DNA of 63,790 bases, counting the filler, from Reclinomonas americana ATCC 50394 (Eukaryota), in the NCBI GenBank assembly GCA_048213135.1. It is 7 parts of 3 records of this genome, joined end to end, with 100 filler letters (N's around TTAATTAATTAA, not from the genome) between each part and the next. Parts side by side here need not be neighbours in the genome. Positions count along the whole stretch, not along the records: positions 37,245 to 42,792 come from PS015156.1; positions 42,893 to 54,047 come from PS015157.1; positions 54,148 to 59,583 come from PS015157.1; 4 more parts are not named here. The stretch is one strand, 5' to 3'. The notes under the pieces are model-generated. The model saw only the letters and a list, made by a program, of their open reading frames with translations. It made no database searches and was not told the origin of the DNA. Below are positions 37,962 through 57,100 of the stretch, in pieces. The first letter of the stretch is position 1. Each line of letters starts with the position of its first letter. Position numbers and translations under genes: made by a program.

Positions 37962-40145
37962 TTACAGTCCCTCCTCAATGCGACCGGCGCCATTCACTCT
38001 TTGCCGAGGGGCCACTGGGCATGCGGTCGAGTAGACTCCACAAGACGGCGGCCACGCCCCCAACGGTGAGCGTTTCACTGCTAGACATCGCATGCAATAC
38101 TCGGCTTGGCACTGCAGGCATCGCATATGTTTGCATCCATTATCGTGTTCTGTCGCGGGGTTGACTCGTGAGGGACATTTATGAAAGCAGTGCACCGCCG
38201 CCGACGCGTACCTTGCACGTGGTGGCAGACTGGGCACGCGCGCATGACCGGCACTTGTACGTCTCGGTGAGGCCACACCCACTGTGTGTACACACAGTGT
38301 GAGTATGCGGAAGCTCCTCGCCACATTTGTTGACACACGGCAGGAGACGAACCACTTCGCGGCAAGTGGCCAGCATCTCCACAGGCGTCTCGCAGTCAAT
38401 GTTGCCACACGATTCTGAACCGGTTCCTCGCCACGGCTTGCCGCACTCCAGGCAGAAGCGTGTATTGCAGTGACACGTGATGCTCTTCAATGCAGGTTCG
38501 TCGGGGAGCCACAGAGTGTGGCACTGCAGATTATAGTCGACGGTGAGGCTCGAGTCGTCACAACACAAAACACACACAGAAGCATGTGCTGACCGTGGGG
38601 CATTTCTTTGTGCGCAGTTGCAGGAAGAACTGAGTCAGCAGCGCCAGATACGAGTCGAGCATCTCGCACACTTCCTCCTCCGCGCCGTCGCATGCGTGGC
38701 TGACGACAGAGTCGGGTATCTCTGCGTTGTGCGCAACGGTGGTAAGCTCGTGTGTGAATTACTGTGTGGCTCACCAAAAACTCCGCTCCACACGTACCAT
38801 GCTTGCAGCCCGTCACCGCACACGACAGTGGCTTGGAGACACGCGACCTGTGCGTCATCAGTTCGCGCAGCGACTCGACAACACTGCACCGGGGGGAAAC
38901 ACGCAGGCTGTCAGCATCCCCTTGTCAACCTCTACGCAGCACTTGTTACGCAACCACTCGCGACAAATGTGGTGGCTGCACGGAAGCCGATAGCCGTTGT
39001 GCCAATCGCGCGCTGTGCAGTTGGAGCACATCACACGGCCGTCGGCGTTGGCCTCGACAGACACGTCCACACTGCTCGCATGCCCGTACTGCTCTCGGAG
39101 TTCTGCAATCTGCTGACGACGGCGGTCGCGCAGCAAGGCTCGAGCCATCTCGCGCGCCTCGTCGGGTCGCGAGTGCTGGCGCGAGAACACATCGGAGCGA
39201 AGCAGCATCCACTCGCCGTCGGTCTCATCGGCCTCGACCGCAGCCGTGGCCACCTCCCGCAGCCAGCATTGCCGCACTTGCTCGGCAGCCTCTGGCATGT
39301 GAGCTGCGGGTGGAATGGAGCCTGAGGGGCCAGCACCTGCTGCCGAGTCGGCTGACAGGGCGACCGACGACGCCTCGCTGCTGATCATGACTGCCGCAGC
39401 CTCGTCGACGCCGGCCTCGAATTCGTCTGCGTCGAGCACCAGATCCCACCCATCGCCGCGTCGTGCCAGCTCGCGTGCTTGCTCAATCTCCTCCCGCACA
39501 TCGTCGACGGCCGCCACACACAACGTGTCGACGGCCATTTCCTCGTGCGTGACGGGATCCCGTAGAACCACGCCGAGTGTCAGCATCTCGGTGAGGAGGA
39601 GCTCGGCGAAACGGCGCTCGCATAGCACCACTTGGCCGTTGATCGACACTGGATCGCGCATGATCTGACGACAACAGCACGTGAGTGAATTCCTCGCAGA
39701 CAACAGCGAGGAGAGGTTAGATATCGAAGCTGCTCACCACCCCCGAAATAGAACAGCGCCAGCGTGCCGGGACGCTGCGCTTGCCAAACAGCGCCTCGTC
39801 TTCCGTTTGCAGCTCCAGCGTCAGCTGCGCCATCTCCCTCGCCTGCTGCGTGACATGCGCAAAGTCTTCTTTCCTCTGCTCTTCGGCTGCCGCCGCATAC
39901 GCATTCGCCTGCCACTTCGCCGCCACGTTCCTCACCGCCGCATCTCCCATCAGCACCACCGCGCCGAGAGGAGCCACAAAGACGAATCCCGTGGATACGA
40001 TAGTGCCGAGGACAAACAAGCCGACATACTCGATGGCCGGCACCTTGCGGCGTTGTTGAGTGCAGAGACCAGCACAAAAGAATCCGCCCAGGATGCCGCC
40101 CACTTGCGAGACAGCGTACCACAGAAGGAGCGCAGACACAAACAT
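37962..40145 (-). CDS. Membrane-anchored U-box + RBR (RING1-IBR-Rcat) E3 ubiquitin ligase
   Basis: Two N-terminal hydrophobic segments; U-box VPARWRCSISGV|IMRDPV..CERR..RDPVTHEEM; degenerate RING1 CSNC..PCSHHIC..CAVTGC; IBR KKCPT|CHT..CHCNTRFCLEC; Rcat CPVC..E|HDNGCKHMRCLQCQAEYCMRC. Confidence 0.8.
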
Positions 40146-40505
40146 TCTCTCTCTCCACACAAAGATAGAATTGCAAGTTGACAGGACGAGACTTGTCAAA
40201 CCCGGCACAAAGCAAGAATGGCGCTTCGACGGCGAGTGGTTAGTAGTGCGCATGATGCATGATGCATGAGTGTGAGGCGGAGGCTGGGCGATCGGCAAGA
40301 GAGAGCAGACTTGAAACGTTCATAAATTTCTTGGACAGCGACGTCGTGGATCATGCATGCACACTGGCCATGATGATGATAAGGAGAGGTGATGTGCTGC
40401 TGGGCTATCTTCTTCTCTTGTGGACTCGGCGCGTGCTGTGCACGAAGAGGAGACAGCCGGGAGTCCCGTCGCGTCCCACACATCATTTTTGATTCGACAA
40501 GAGCA

Positions 40506-40932
40506 ATGGCAGAGGCGATCTACGGTGCGACCCTGTTCTCTCTCCTCTCTCTCCCTTTACACACTCTCACTCAAACCTCACACAGACGGCATCAACGCGG
40601 GCATGGACCTGGCGGACGGAAACTACTCTGGCGCTGCTGAGGAGGCGGTGAGTGCATCTTCTCGCACTCACATGACATCATCATAGACTCACTCTTTGTT
40701 TATGTTGTTGTCGCGCAGGCCACTGGCGTGGCGGGCTCGTTTGTGCCCGGCCTCGGCTCGGCTGTGTCGGCCTACAACAGTTGCGCTCACTTATGACTGT
40801 CTATCTCTTCTTCTGTGTGTGTGTGTGTGTGTCTCACACGTCTCACTGTGTGCAGTGGGCGAGAACCTCGACGAGGGCAACTACGGCGAGGCGGCGTGGG
40901 ACGGCGTCGGTGTCGCTGCTGGCATGATGTAA
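40506..40932 (+). CDS. 72-aa acidic Gly/Ala-rich microprotein, 4 exons, with internal duplication
   Basis: Three GT-AG introns splice in frame to MAEAIYDGINAGMDLADGNYSGAAEEAATGVAGSFVPGLGSAVSAYNMGENLDEGNYGEAAWDGVGVAAGMM*; codons are strongly C/G-ending like neighbouring genes. Confidence 0.75.
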
Positions 40933-41137
40933 ATGAGAGTTGAGAAGAAATGTGCGCGCGAGAAGACTTCTCGCACACTCGTGTGCGAGTGAGTGAACGT
41001 GCCTGCTTTTTTCCTCTCGTCTCCTCCACGATCTGTTCATGGCATGCACACACACGCGTGTGTGAGAGTCGATCATGAGAGGGGGAAGGGTGATTCTATT
41101 GATTTGCGACTCTTCTCAGTGCACTCATAGCACGTGA

Positions 41138-42326
41138 TCAAGAGCGCACTGCATCGCCGTGGATCTCGTCAATCTTCTTCTGGATGTGCTCCTCGCAGTA
41201 GGGGCGCCACTGACGCGCCCACTCGGCATTGCTGTGAAAACCGGAATGAGTGCATAGGTCGGCACAAGCGGCTCGGCTGCTCTCCGCTCTTGCTCTCTGT
41301 ATGCACTTCGCCATGACTATTACTCGACTTCTCATGGCGATCGCCTGCCGTTCTTGTCCAAATTCACAACTTCTTCTTGTTGTTCTTCTTTTCTTTCTTT
41401 CTCTTGATCTTGTTATTCTTGTTCTTCTTTATCCTTGTTCTTCTTCTTATTGCTGCTCTTGTTCTGCTTCCTTTCCTCCTCCTCGAGGGTCTTCTCGTTC
41501 TACTCGTAAGAATGTTGCATCTGCTCCTTCTTGTGCTTGTTCTTCTTGTTCTTCGTCTTCTTCTTCTTTCTCGAACATCTCCTTGTTCCTGCCGTTCTTG
41601 TTCCTGTTCATGTTCTTCTTCTTCTTCTTCCTCTCCTCCTCCTCCTCCTCCATTTTCTTCTTCTTCTTCCTCATCTTCTCCTCCTCCTCCTCCCCTTCTT
41701 CGCCTCACCGATAGTCATCAAATCGCAGCAATCCCCGGCACTGCGGGTTCCCACACTGACAGTGCATGCCCGCGTGGAACGACTCCTCGGTCTCAGTGAA
41801 CCCATAGTCGTACGCCACCTCCTCGCCGGCCTTGATGTCGCGCAGCGCCACCAGTCGATCGTCCGTGTCGTAGCCGCAGTTCGGATTGCACGTGTGGTTG
41901 AAGTAGTACGAGGGATCCTCCTCGGGATTGTCGGTGGAGCCGTAGACACCGTCGCCGCAAAAGTACGAGTAGGTCTTGAGGAGAGTGCCACGCGCGGCAT
42001 CCTCGCCAGCCACCGCCTCAATGTCGGCGCGAGAGAATGTGCGCAGGAACTCGCCATCCTGCATCAGTGTGTGTGAGAGAGAGAGAGAGAGCATGCATGC
42101 AGGGAGACTGTAAAACAAGTCGCTCACCCGATCCCACTCCCACACCACTTCTCCCTGCGCATGCATGCATGTGTGAGCAATATCGCTGCTTTTTTCCGAG
42201 AGAGACTCACTCACTCTCACTCTTTCACACACTCACCGCCTTGATGTCTTCCGTGGCAAAAATGCCGCGGCTGAACTCTCCATGATCTCCGGCTTGGCCA
42301 GAGCGAACGGCGACTTTGAACAGCAT
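41138..42326 (-). CDS. Small stand-alone SET + post-SET protein-lysine methyltransferase, 4 exons
   Basis: RGIFATEDIKA|GEVV, YFNHTCNPNC, ALRDIKAGEEVAYDY, post-SET CQCGNPQCRG; last exon R|NAEWARQW..KKIDE. Confidence 0.9.
41368..41700. repeat. CTT/CCT-rich low-complexity trinucleotide tract in the last SET intron
   Basis: Imperfect (CTT)n/(CCT)n; generates spurious Lys/Glu- or Leu/Ser-rich ORFs. Confidence 0.85.
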
Positions 42327-42892
42327 GTGCGTTGCTTGTGTGTGTGTGTGTGTGTGTGGAATTGCATGAAGGACGACAGGCGACGGACGCGACGTTTCTT
42401 GTTTGTGGAGGGGGGAACGGTTGCCTCGCTGCTTATCTTGTGCCTCACACATGCTTCAATCGTGCAGTTCTTCCAGCGTCAACTGTACCTGACCAGCGCC
42501 GAGCTGCCGGCACTAGTCCGCATGTTCACCGCCAACCCATGGTCGACAATGTGCTTCTCAGAGAACCCGATGAGAACGACCGCTAGCGAAGATCAAGAAG
42601 GGTGAGTTGTTGTTTTCCAACAAGTTTCTGTTGATTTCATTAACTGTACATCCTTAAAGTTGTCGTGTGGCACTCGTGCGATTGCTCGAGGCCTGTGCTC
42701 ACTGCGGAGGGCGGTACATGATGCTGGTGCCCTGGTGCGTCGTGAACCTCACGCCAGTGTTGTCCTCGATGATGCGGCCCAGAGGGCGCGATNNNNNNNN
42801 NNNNNNNNNNNNNNNNNNNNNNNNNNNNNNNNNNNNTTAATTAATTAANNNNNNNNNNNNNNNNNNNNNNNNNNNNNNNNNNNNNNNNNNNN

Positions 42893-44342
42893 AGTGCACA
42901 CGGAGGCAAGCCGAGGCGACGACGAGTCTGGTTGTAGGTGGTGAGGCCGTGGTCGCGGCCGCGCTGAATGTTGAGGGCGGCGAGGTCGAGGCCACGTGCC
43001 AAGCCCGGCACGTGCTCAAACAACATGTTGCGCACGCTGTCGGCAATGTGAATNNNNNNNNNNNNNNNNNNNNAGCCAACTCGCTGCGCACGTTTATCGA
43101 CGGCAAGATGAAGACTTCGGACGGCAACCTGCTGCCGACGAACGGCGCGTCGCCGGCGATCTCGTCGTACTTTGTGGCGGGCGATGTTCGCGTCAACGAG
43201 CAGTCCGGCCTCACCGCCATGCACACGGTGTTTGTGCGCGAACACAACCAGCTGTGCGACATTATCTTGGCCAACGACGCGCAGCTGGCGGCCATGACGG
43301 ACGCGGTGGCGAAGGACGAGATTGTGTACCAGCGCGCTCGTCGCATTGTGGGTGCCGAGATGCAGCGCATCACCTACAAGGAGTTCCTGCCGGTGCTGCT
43401 GGGCGACTGCACGCCGTTCGACAGGATCAAGGCGTACAACTCCAACGCCGATGCCACCATCAGCAACGAGTTTGCGGCTGCGGCGTACCGCGTCGGCCAC
43501 ACGATGCTGAGCGATGCGCTGCCGCTGATGGACGCGAGTGACCCGGAGCCGCGTGAGCCGTCGCTTGTCGACTTCTTCTTCGATGCCACCGAGATCCTGA
43601 CGCACGGCGTGGATCCGGTGCTGCGCGGCTTGGCCAACTACCCGAGCGAGGAGGTCGACNNNNNNNNNNNNNNNNNNNNNNNNNNNNNNNNNNNNNNNNN
43701 NNNNNNNNNNNNNNNNNNNNNNNNNNNNNNNNNNNNNNNNNNNNNNNNNNNNNNNNNNNNNNNNNNNNNNNNNNNNNNNNNNNNNNNNNNNNNNNNNNNN
43801 NNNNNNNNNNNNNNNNNNNNNNNNNNNNNNNNNNNNNNNNNNNNNNNNNNNNNNNNNNNNNNNNNNNNNNNNNNNNNNNNNNNNNNNNNNNNNNNNNNNN
43901 NNNNNNNNNNNNNNNNNNNNNNNNNNNNNNNNNNNNNNNNNNNNNNNNNNNNNNNNNNNNNNNNNNNNNNNNNNNNNNNNNNNNNNNNNNNNNNNNNNNN
44001 NNNNNNNNNNNNNNNNNNNNNNNNNNNNNNNNNNNNNNNNNNNNNNNNNNNNNNNNNNNNNNNNNNNNNNNNNGTTGACCACCGCCGTTCTGAGGAGGCT
44101 GCTGCTGGCCACCAGTGTTCTGGCCACCATTGTTCTGGGGAGGCTGCTGCTGTTGCTGGCCACCACCGTTACCGTTCTGTGGCGGTGGAGGAGGAGCGGC
44201 TTGTGCACTGTGTGATCAACAGAGGTGAGTGGGGCTGTGGTGTGGAGGGAGAGGGAGGGGAAAAGAGAGAAGAAGAGACTCACATGATGGCCACGATGAC
44301 CAAGAGTGCCAGCACGGCAAGAACACGAGGAGAGAACATCAT
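42893..44342 (-). CDS. Secreted heme peroxidase (peroxidase-cyclooxygenase superfamily); fragmented, middle contig 43074-43659 assembled on the + strand
   Basis: Signal peptide [19 protein letters not shown] then P/Q/N/G repeats (- strand); [22 protein letters not shown] (+ contig); [14 protein letters not shown] (- strand). EEVD at the end of the + contig joins naturally to [12 protein letters not shown]. Confidence 0.85.
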
Positions 44343-44346
44343 GATG

Positions 44347-44381
<35 letters not shown>

Positions 44382-44849
44382 GTGGAAGGAGGTTGTCAGC
44401 TCTCACAAGTGAGGTGTAATGGGATGGTTGCAATGTGCCATCGTGGCGGCTTTATGGCGTGTGCGAGTCGGGTGGCGAAGACTGTCGCGATGGTCTTCGC
44501 TGCGCTGCGGCGAATACAAGTGCAAATTGAGGTGGATTTTTGGACAGGGAATGTTTTGTGTGGCAAGGGAACAACTGCGGTGAGGGGGGGAGGGGTGGGG
44601 GGAGTGTGTGGGTGTTGATGCAGGTAGAGGGGTGGGGCGTAAAGAAAGAAGCAGCGGCGGAGCTTGGGGGAAGAGAGATGAATGGTGTCCGGTTTCAAGT
44701 TGCCGATATCGAACGCATGTTCGCATTTTGCAAATGGGCAACGACCTCTGCACATCGCCACGGCCATACAAGTGCATCAAGAGCACTGCAGTCTCACACG
44801 CGATTTCCACATGCAATGATACGAGCGAGGTAATTACACTGTGGAGGTT

Positions 44850-52444
<7,595 letters not shown>

Positions 52445-52899
52445 GCTCGACGATCCAGCCGACACACAGACGTTCATCGCTTACACAAGCGCAATAGTGT
52501 GTGTCTTTGTTGCACACTCAGTCTCACACACACACCGCAAACGCAAACAAAGAAAGAACGAAGTCGCTCGGGACAGAAGACAGTCGCGCGCGAGCACGGT
52601 TCTGTCCAGTCACGAGTTGTGCCGTTCGCGCATTCTCTCTTTGTGCCACTCTGCATGCAGCTATTTTGGCACAAGCAAGCGTACAAAGCGACAAGGGCGA
52701 AAAAGAGACACTTGTTTTTTTCGTGTGGTTTTCATTCTCCGATCGGTCGATCGACATTGACCGTTATCGACTATTTTGTTTTGCGCGCGCGCGTTCAACT
52801 TATCTCGCGCACACACACTTTTTCTCTCTCGCTCTCTCGCTGTCTGTCTGCGTGTGTGCTGATTGATGGCGTCACGACCGGTGAGCGTGTGTGTGTGTG

Positions 52900-54047
52900 T
52901 GTGTGCATGCACGTGCTTTGTGTGTGTGAGTTTCTCATTGTGTGTGTGCAAAAAGGGCTCTGGTGTGCCGGGAGCGCCTCCTCCTGCGGGACAAGGAGCA
53001 GCACCGCGGCGGCGGCCCGATGAGTTGCTCGCGGCGGCGCGGGCCAATGCAGCGGCCAAGTCGCGCGCATTGACGCAGAACTTGTACTCGACAGTGGGCG
53101 GCTCGAGTGGCGGTGCCAGTGGCACCACAGGCGCCTCCTCGTCTTCACATAATGGCGCCATGGCACCCACAGCANNNNNNNNNNNNNNNNNNNNNNNNNN
53201 NNNNNNNNNNNNNNNNNNNNNNNNNNNNNNNNNNNNNNNNNNNNNNNNNNNNNNNNNNNNNNNNNNNNNNNNNNNNNNNNNNNNNNNNNNNNNNNNNNNN
53301 NNNNNNNNNNNNNNNNNNNNNNNNNNNNNNNNNNNNNNNNNNNNNNNNNNNNNNNNNNNNNNNNNNNNNNNNNNNNNNNNNNNNNNNNNNNNNNNNNNNN
53401 NNNNNNNNNNNNNNNNNNNNNNNNNNNNNNNNNNNNNNNNNNNNNNNNNNNNNNNNNNNNNNNNNNNNNNNNNNNNNNNNNNNNNNNNNNNNNNNNNNNN
53501 NNNNNNNNNNNNNNNNNNNNNNNNNNNNNNNNNNNNNNNNNNNNNNNNNNNNNNNNNNNNNNNNNNNNNNNNNNNNNNNNNNNNNNNNNNNNNNNNNNNN
53601 NNNNNNNNNNNNNNNNNNNNNNNNNNNNNNNNNNNNNNNNNNNNNNNNNNNNNNNNNNNNNNNNNNNNNNNNNNNNNNNNNNNNNNNNGCACCACCCGAC
53701 GACGACTCCATCATGTCCTCCGCGCCCGACATGGAGTCACCCAAAGGCGGCAACCGGCGCGCTCCCGACGACTGCGCGCGCAGCTGCACCAGCCCACCAG
53801 CACTGCCAGCAGTGCCTCCCAAAATCTCCTGCAACTCCTCCGTGTCGCTCGGGTCCATCACCTTGCGAGTCATTGGTGGAGCAAGCTAACACACGCACAC
53901 GAGAGAGAGAGAGAGAAGTGAGCAACAGGAGAGAGAGAGACACACACATGCAAACTGCACTCTCACCTCCACTCCACCCGACAGTGCGGCCGACACTGCG
54001 CCCTTTTTCAATCCTCCCGCGCGCGCCTTGCTCGCGGCCGCGGCACC
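52900..54047 (-). CDS. Hypothetical protein fragments, interrupted by a gap
   Basis: Coding-like GC-rich segments (VMDPSDTEELQEILGG; PPTVEYKFCVNARDLAAAL) with GT-AG flanks; no family recognised and limits are approximate. Confidence 0.35.
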
Positions 54048-54179
54048 NNNNNNNNNNNNNNNNNNNNNNNNNNNNNNNNNNNNNNNNNNNNTTAATTAAT
54101 TAANNNNNNNNNNNNNNNNNNNNNNNNNNNNNNNNNNNNNNNNNNNNTGCGGCGGCGTCTGGCTCTGGTTTCCTGTCGC

Positions 54180-57100
54180 ATGTGCCGGCCGACAAATCGC
54201 CGTTCTGGTTCATTGAGAAGATTCGACGCACGCCGTCGACGCTGGAGTTTGTCTACCTCAACAACACGCTGCGTGATCCGCTGCGCGACTGCTACAACCC
54301 CTACTCGCTGGTCATTGTGCCGCACTCGCAACGCAATCTCGACAATTATTACACGCTGTCGGCGTCGGGTGTCACACATTTCGTGAGTGGCGAGGCCGAG
54401 TTTACGCCGCTGGATCAGTGGGTGCGCGAATACGAGCGCTTCTCCACTATTGCCAAGATCCGCTTCTTCCGCAATTTCAAGGTGTGTTTCGTCGCCAATA
54501 CTTCCTTTCCTCGGTTGCGCTCATTCTTCCGCGACGCAGGTGTGGCGCTGTTACTACTCGCTCAAGACGTACACGCGCGCCAAGCGTGCGACCTACTGCC
54601 GCGACTTCCTCGAGGCCAATCTCTTCCACTTGCACGATGTGCTATCCAGGTCGTTGTTGGATGTGCGCCGCCACTGCGTGCGCCTGGCCAACCTGCGCTT
54701 CTTCCGCACCACGGGGCGCGGTGACACGCAGACTCTCGACAAGTTCTACACGCAGCAATTGGCGCGTGTGGAGGAACTGAAGGACACCATGGCCGAGATT
54801 GTGTCCTCGGTCACACAGACGGTGCTCGACGGCTGCCAGAACTTTATGGTGGCCGCCAACAAGAGCATTGAGCAGGAACACGAAGGGTGCGTGCATGCAA
54901 GCCCATCATTCCACCCTTCTGCTTTGCACTCACACTCTCGAGAAACCCGCAGTGCGGAGGCCGACGACGAGGTCAAGAAGATCGCCTCGGCCATGTCGTC
55001 AGGCACCGACCCCAGCAAGCCGACCATTTCGTTCACCGATTTGGCCACGCGCCGCGCACTGTGCAAGAAGCTGGCCAGCTTTATCCAGTTGTGTGATTAC
55101 CTGGTGGTCAATGCGCTCGAAAAGATGTGCGTCGGCTCTGTCGGCAACCTGCTGGAGGTGATGACGGAGCTCTTCAACAAGCCCGACGCCGACGAGGTGG
55201 AGCACGAGGAGCACGACTTTATGCACGCCAACAAGCCCAAGTCAAATCCGCTCTTTGTGGTGGATATCCAACTGCTCGACGACAACCTCATCTCGTCGCC
55301 CGACGTCAACGAGTTCCTCGATCGCATCGGTTGCCTGCTGCAGGAGTACGTGTCGGCGGTCACCGGTCTCGACCGTTTGCTCGAGGAGGTTAGCCAAACA
55401 AAAAAAACAAGGTGTATTTCGTCTCTTTTCCCCCGCACGGTCACTCATTGTGTCGCGCCGCAGAGTCAATTCGACTCGTACGTGCGCCCGCTGGTCACCG
55501 ACAAGAAGGAGGACTCGGGACTCGGCGAGGGCCCCGATCTGGAGCAACTCATTGTCGGCAACGCAGCCTACAAGGACTACAGCGAGCGCATTGCCGACAT
55601 TCTGCGCATCAACTGCGACCGTGTCGACGACTACGCCGTCGAGTTCGATCCGTTCCGTCGCCTGTTTATCGAGAACCGCCGCCTCGACATTGCACGGCTG
55701 CGCGAGGAAGACCACCCGCTCGAGTTCTTCTCCGACTCGATTGTCAAGTACAAGCAACAGCTGGCCGACATCCAGACGATGCGCCTGCGTCGCTTGATTG
55801 GCATTTTCCGTGTCGACACGGAGCACCTGAAGGCGAACGTGGCGCCCTCACCCGAGCGCTGCCTCCAGGGCATCTACGACTTGCTGCCGATGTTGGCCAA
55901 GTCCAAGACCGGAGCCCTCTTCTCGGAGCTCCACGAGAGCCACCAGTCGATTGCCAATCGGCCCAAGTCGGTGCGTATGGCACCACGTACGCGCGCAGTG
56001 TGTGTGTGTGTGTGTGTGGCTCACGTATTTTTTACTGAATGTTTTGTCTCGGCGCCGCAGGTCGACGACTTTGTCTTCTACTTGGACCACTTGGAGGCGG
56101 TCACGCAGAAACTCAACGACTTCGAGACCAAGTTCTCCGACGTCAAGGACTTGTACGAGCTCATGGAGAAGCAGTCGATTCCGGTGCCACCGGACGAGCT
56201 CAAGTTCTACAAGAACCAGACGGTCAACACCTTCAAGGAGCTGCGCGAGACACACTCGTTTGCCGAGGACACCAAGGACGACAATGTCGGCCGCTTCCAG
56301 GTGGAACTCGATCGCGAAATCACCGAGCTCAAGACCGCCATTGATCAGCTGGGACGCAAGTGCGACCAAAACGAGTCGATCAGCGACCCCGACGCCAATA
56401 TGGATGAGGTGCTGGCGTTTATCGATTCCGTGCAGACTGACCTGTCGGACAAGCGATCGCGTGCCGAACAACTGGGAGTTGCGTCGTTGTTAAATTCTTC
56501 TTTACCACGCACCAGCCAATGTCTCACTCGACGACAGACGTACCAAGAGCGGCTGAACATGCCACCGGATCGCTTCGACGTGGTGCAGTCGGTGACGGGC
56601 TCTGTCGGTCAAAAGTACAAGCTGTGGCGCTCCATCAAGGACTGGACCGTCATGCACAAGGAGTGGAACGCACTGGTGTTCCGGTGAGGCCTCTTATTCT
56701 TCTTCTCTCTCTCTCTCTCTTGGTGGCACTCGGTTACTCATCGCAACGACCACAGCGACATGGATGCGGATGTGATCGAGGCGGAAGTGGCCAAGTTCCA
56801 CCGTACCGCCAATCAGGTCACCAAGGCGCTGCCGAACAACCCCGTGGCACCGAAGCTGTTGACCATGGTCGAGGAGTTCAAGGAGGTGGTGCCGGTTCTG
56901 GTGGATCTGTGCAACCCGAGTTTGCGCAACAAGCCGGCGCACATGACCGAGGTCGACGCACTCCTCGGTGTGCAACTCGAGTCGGAGGAGCTCACCCTCG
57001 GCGCTCTCATTGACACGAATTTGTTGGGCAGTTGCGCATCACCTTTTGTTTGCAAGTCTGTCTCTGTTTTGTCATCATTCCACTCACTCACTCTCTCCCT

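Noticed and set aside
41364-41799. Lys/Glu/Arg-rich and Leu-rich ORFs, and long X-containing ORFs elsewhere
   Set aside because: Products of low-complexity intron sequence or of translation through N gaps.
42450-42792. Possible exon(s) divergent from the SET gene
   Set aside because: Splice-like signals are present, but there is no identifiable protein and the scaffold ends.
43074-43659. Peroxidase split between strands (trans-splicing or inversion)
   Set aside because: The contig is gap-bounded and, when flipped, joins the - strand fragment in the expected order; assembly orientation error.
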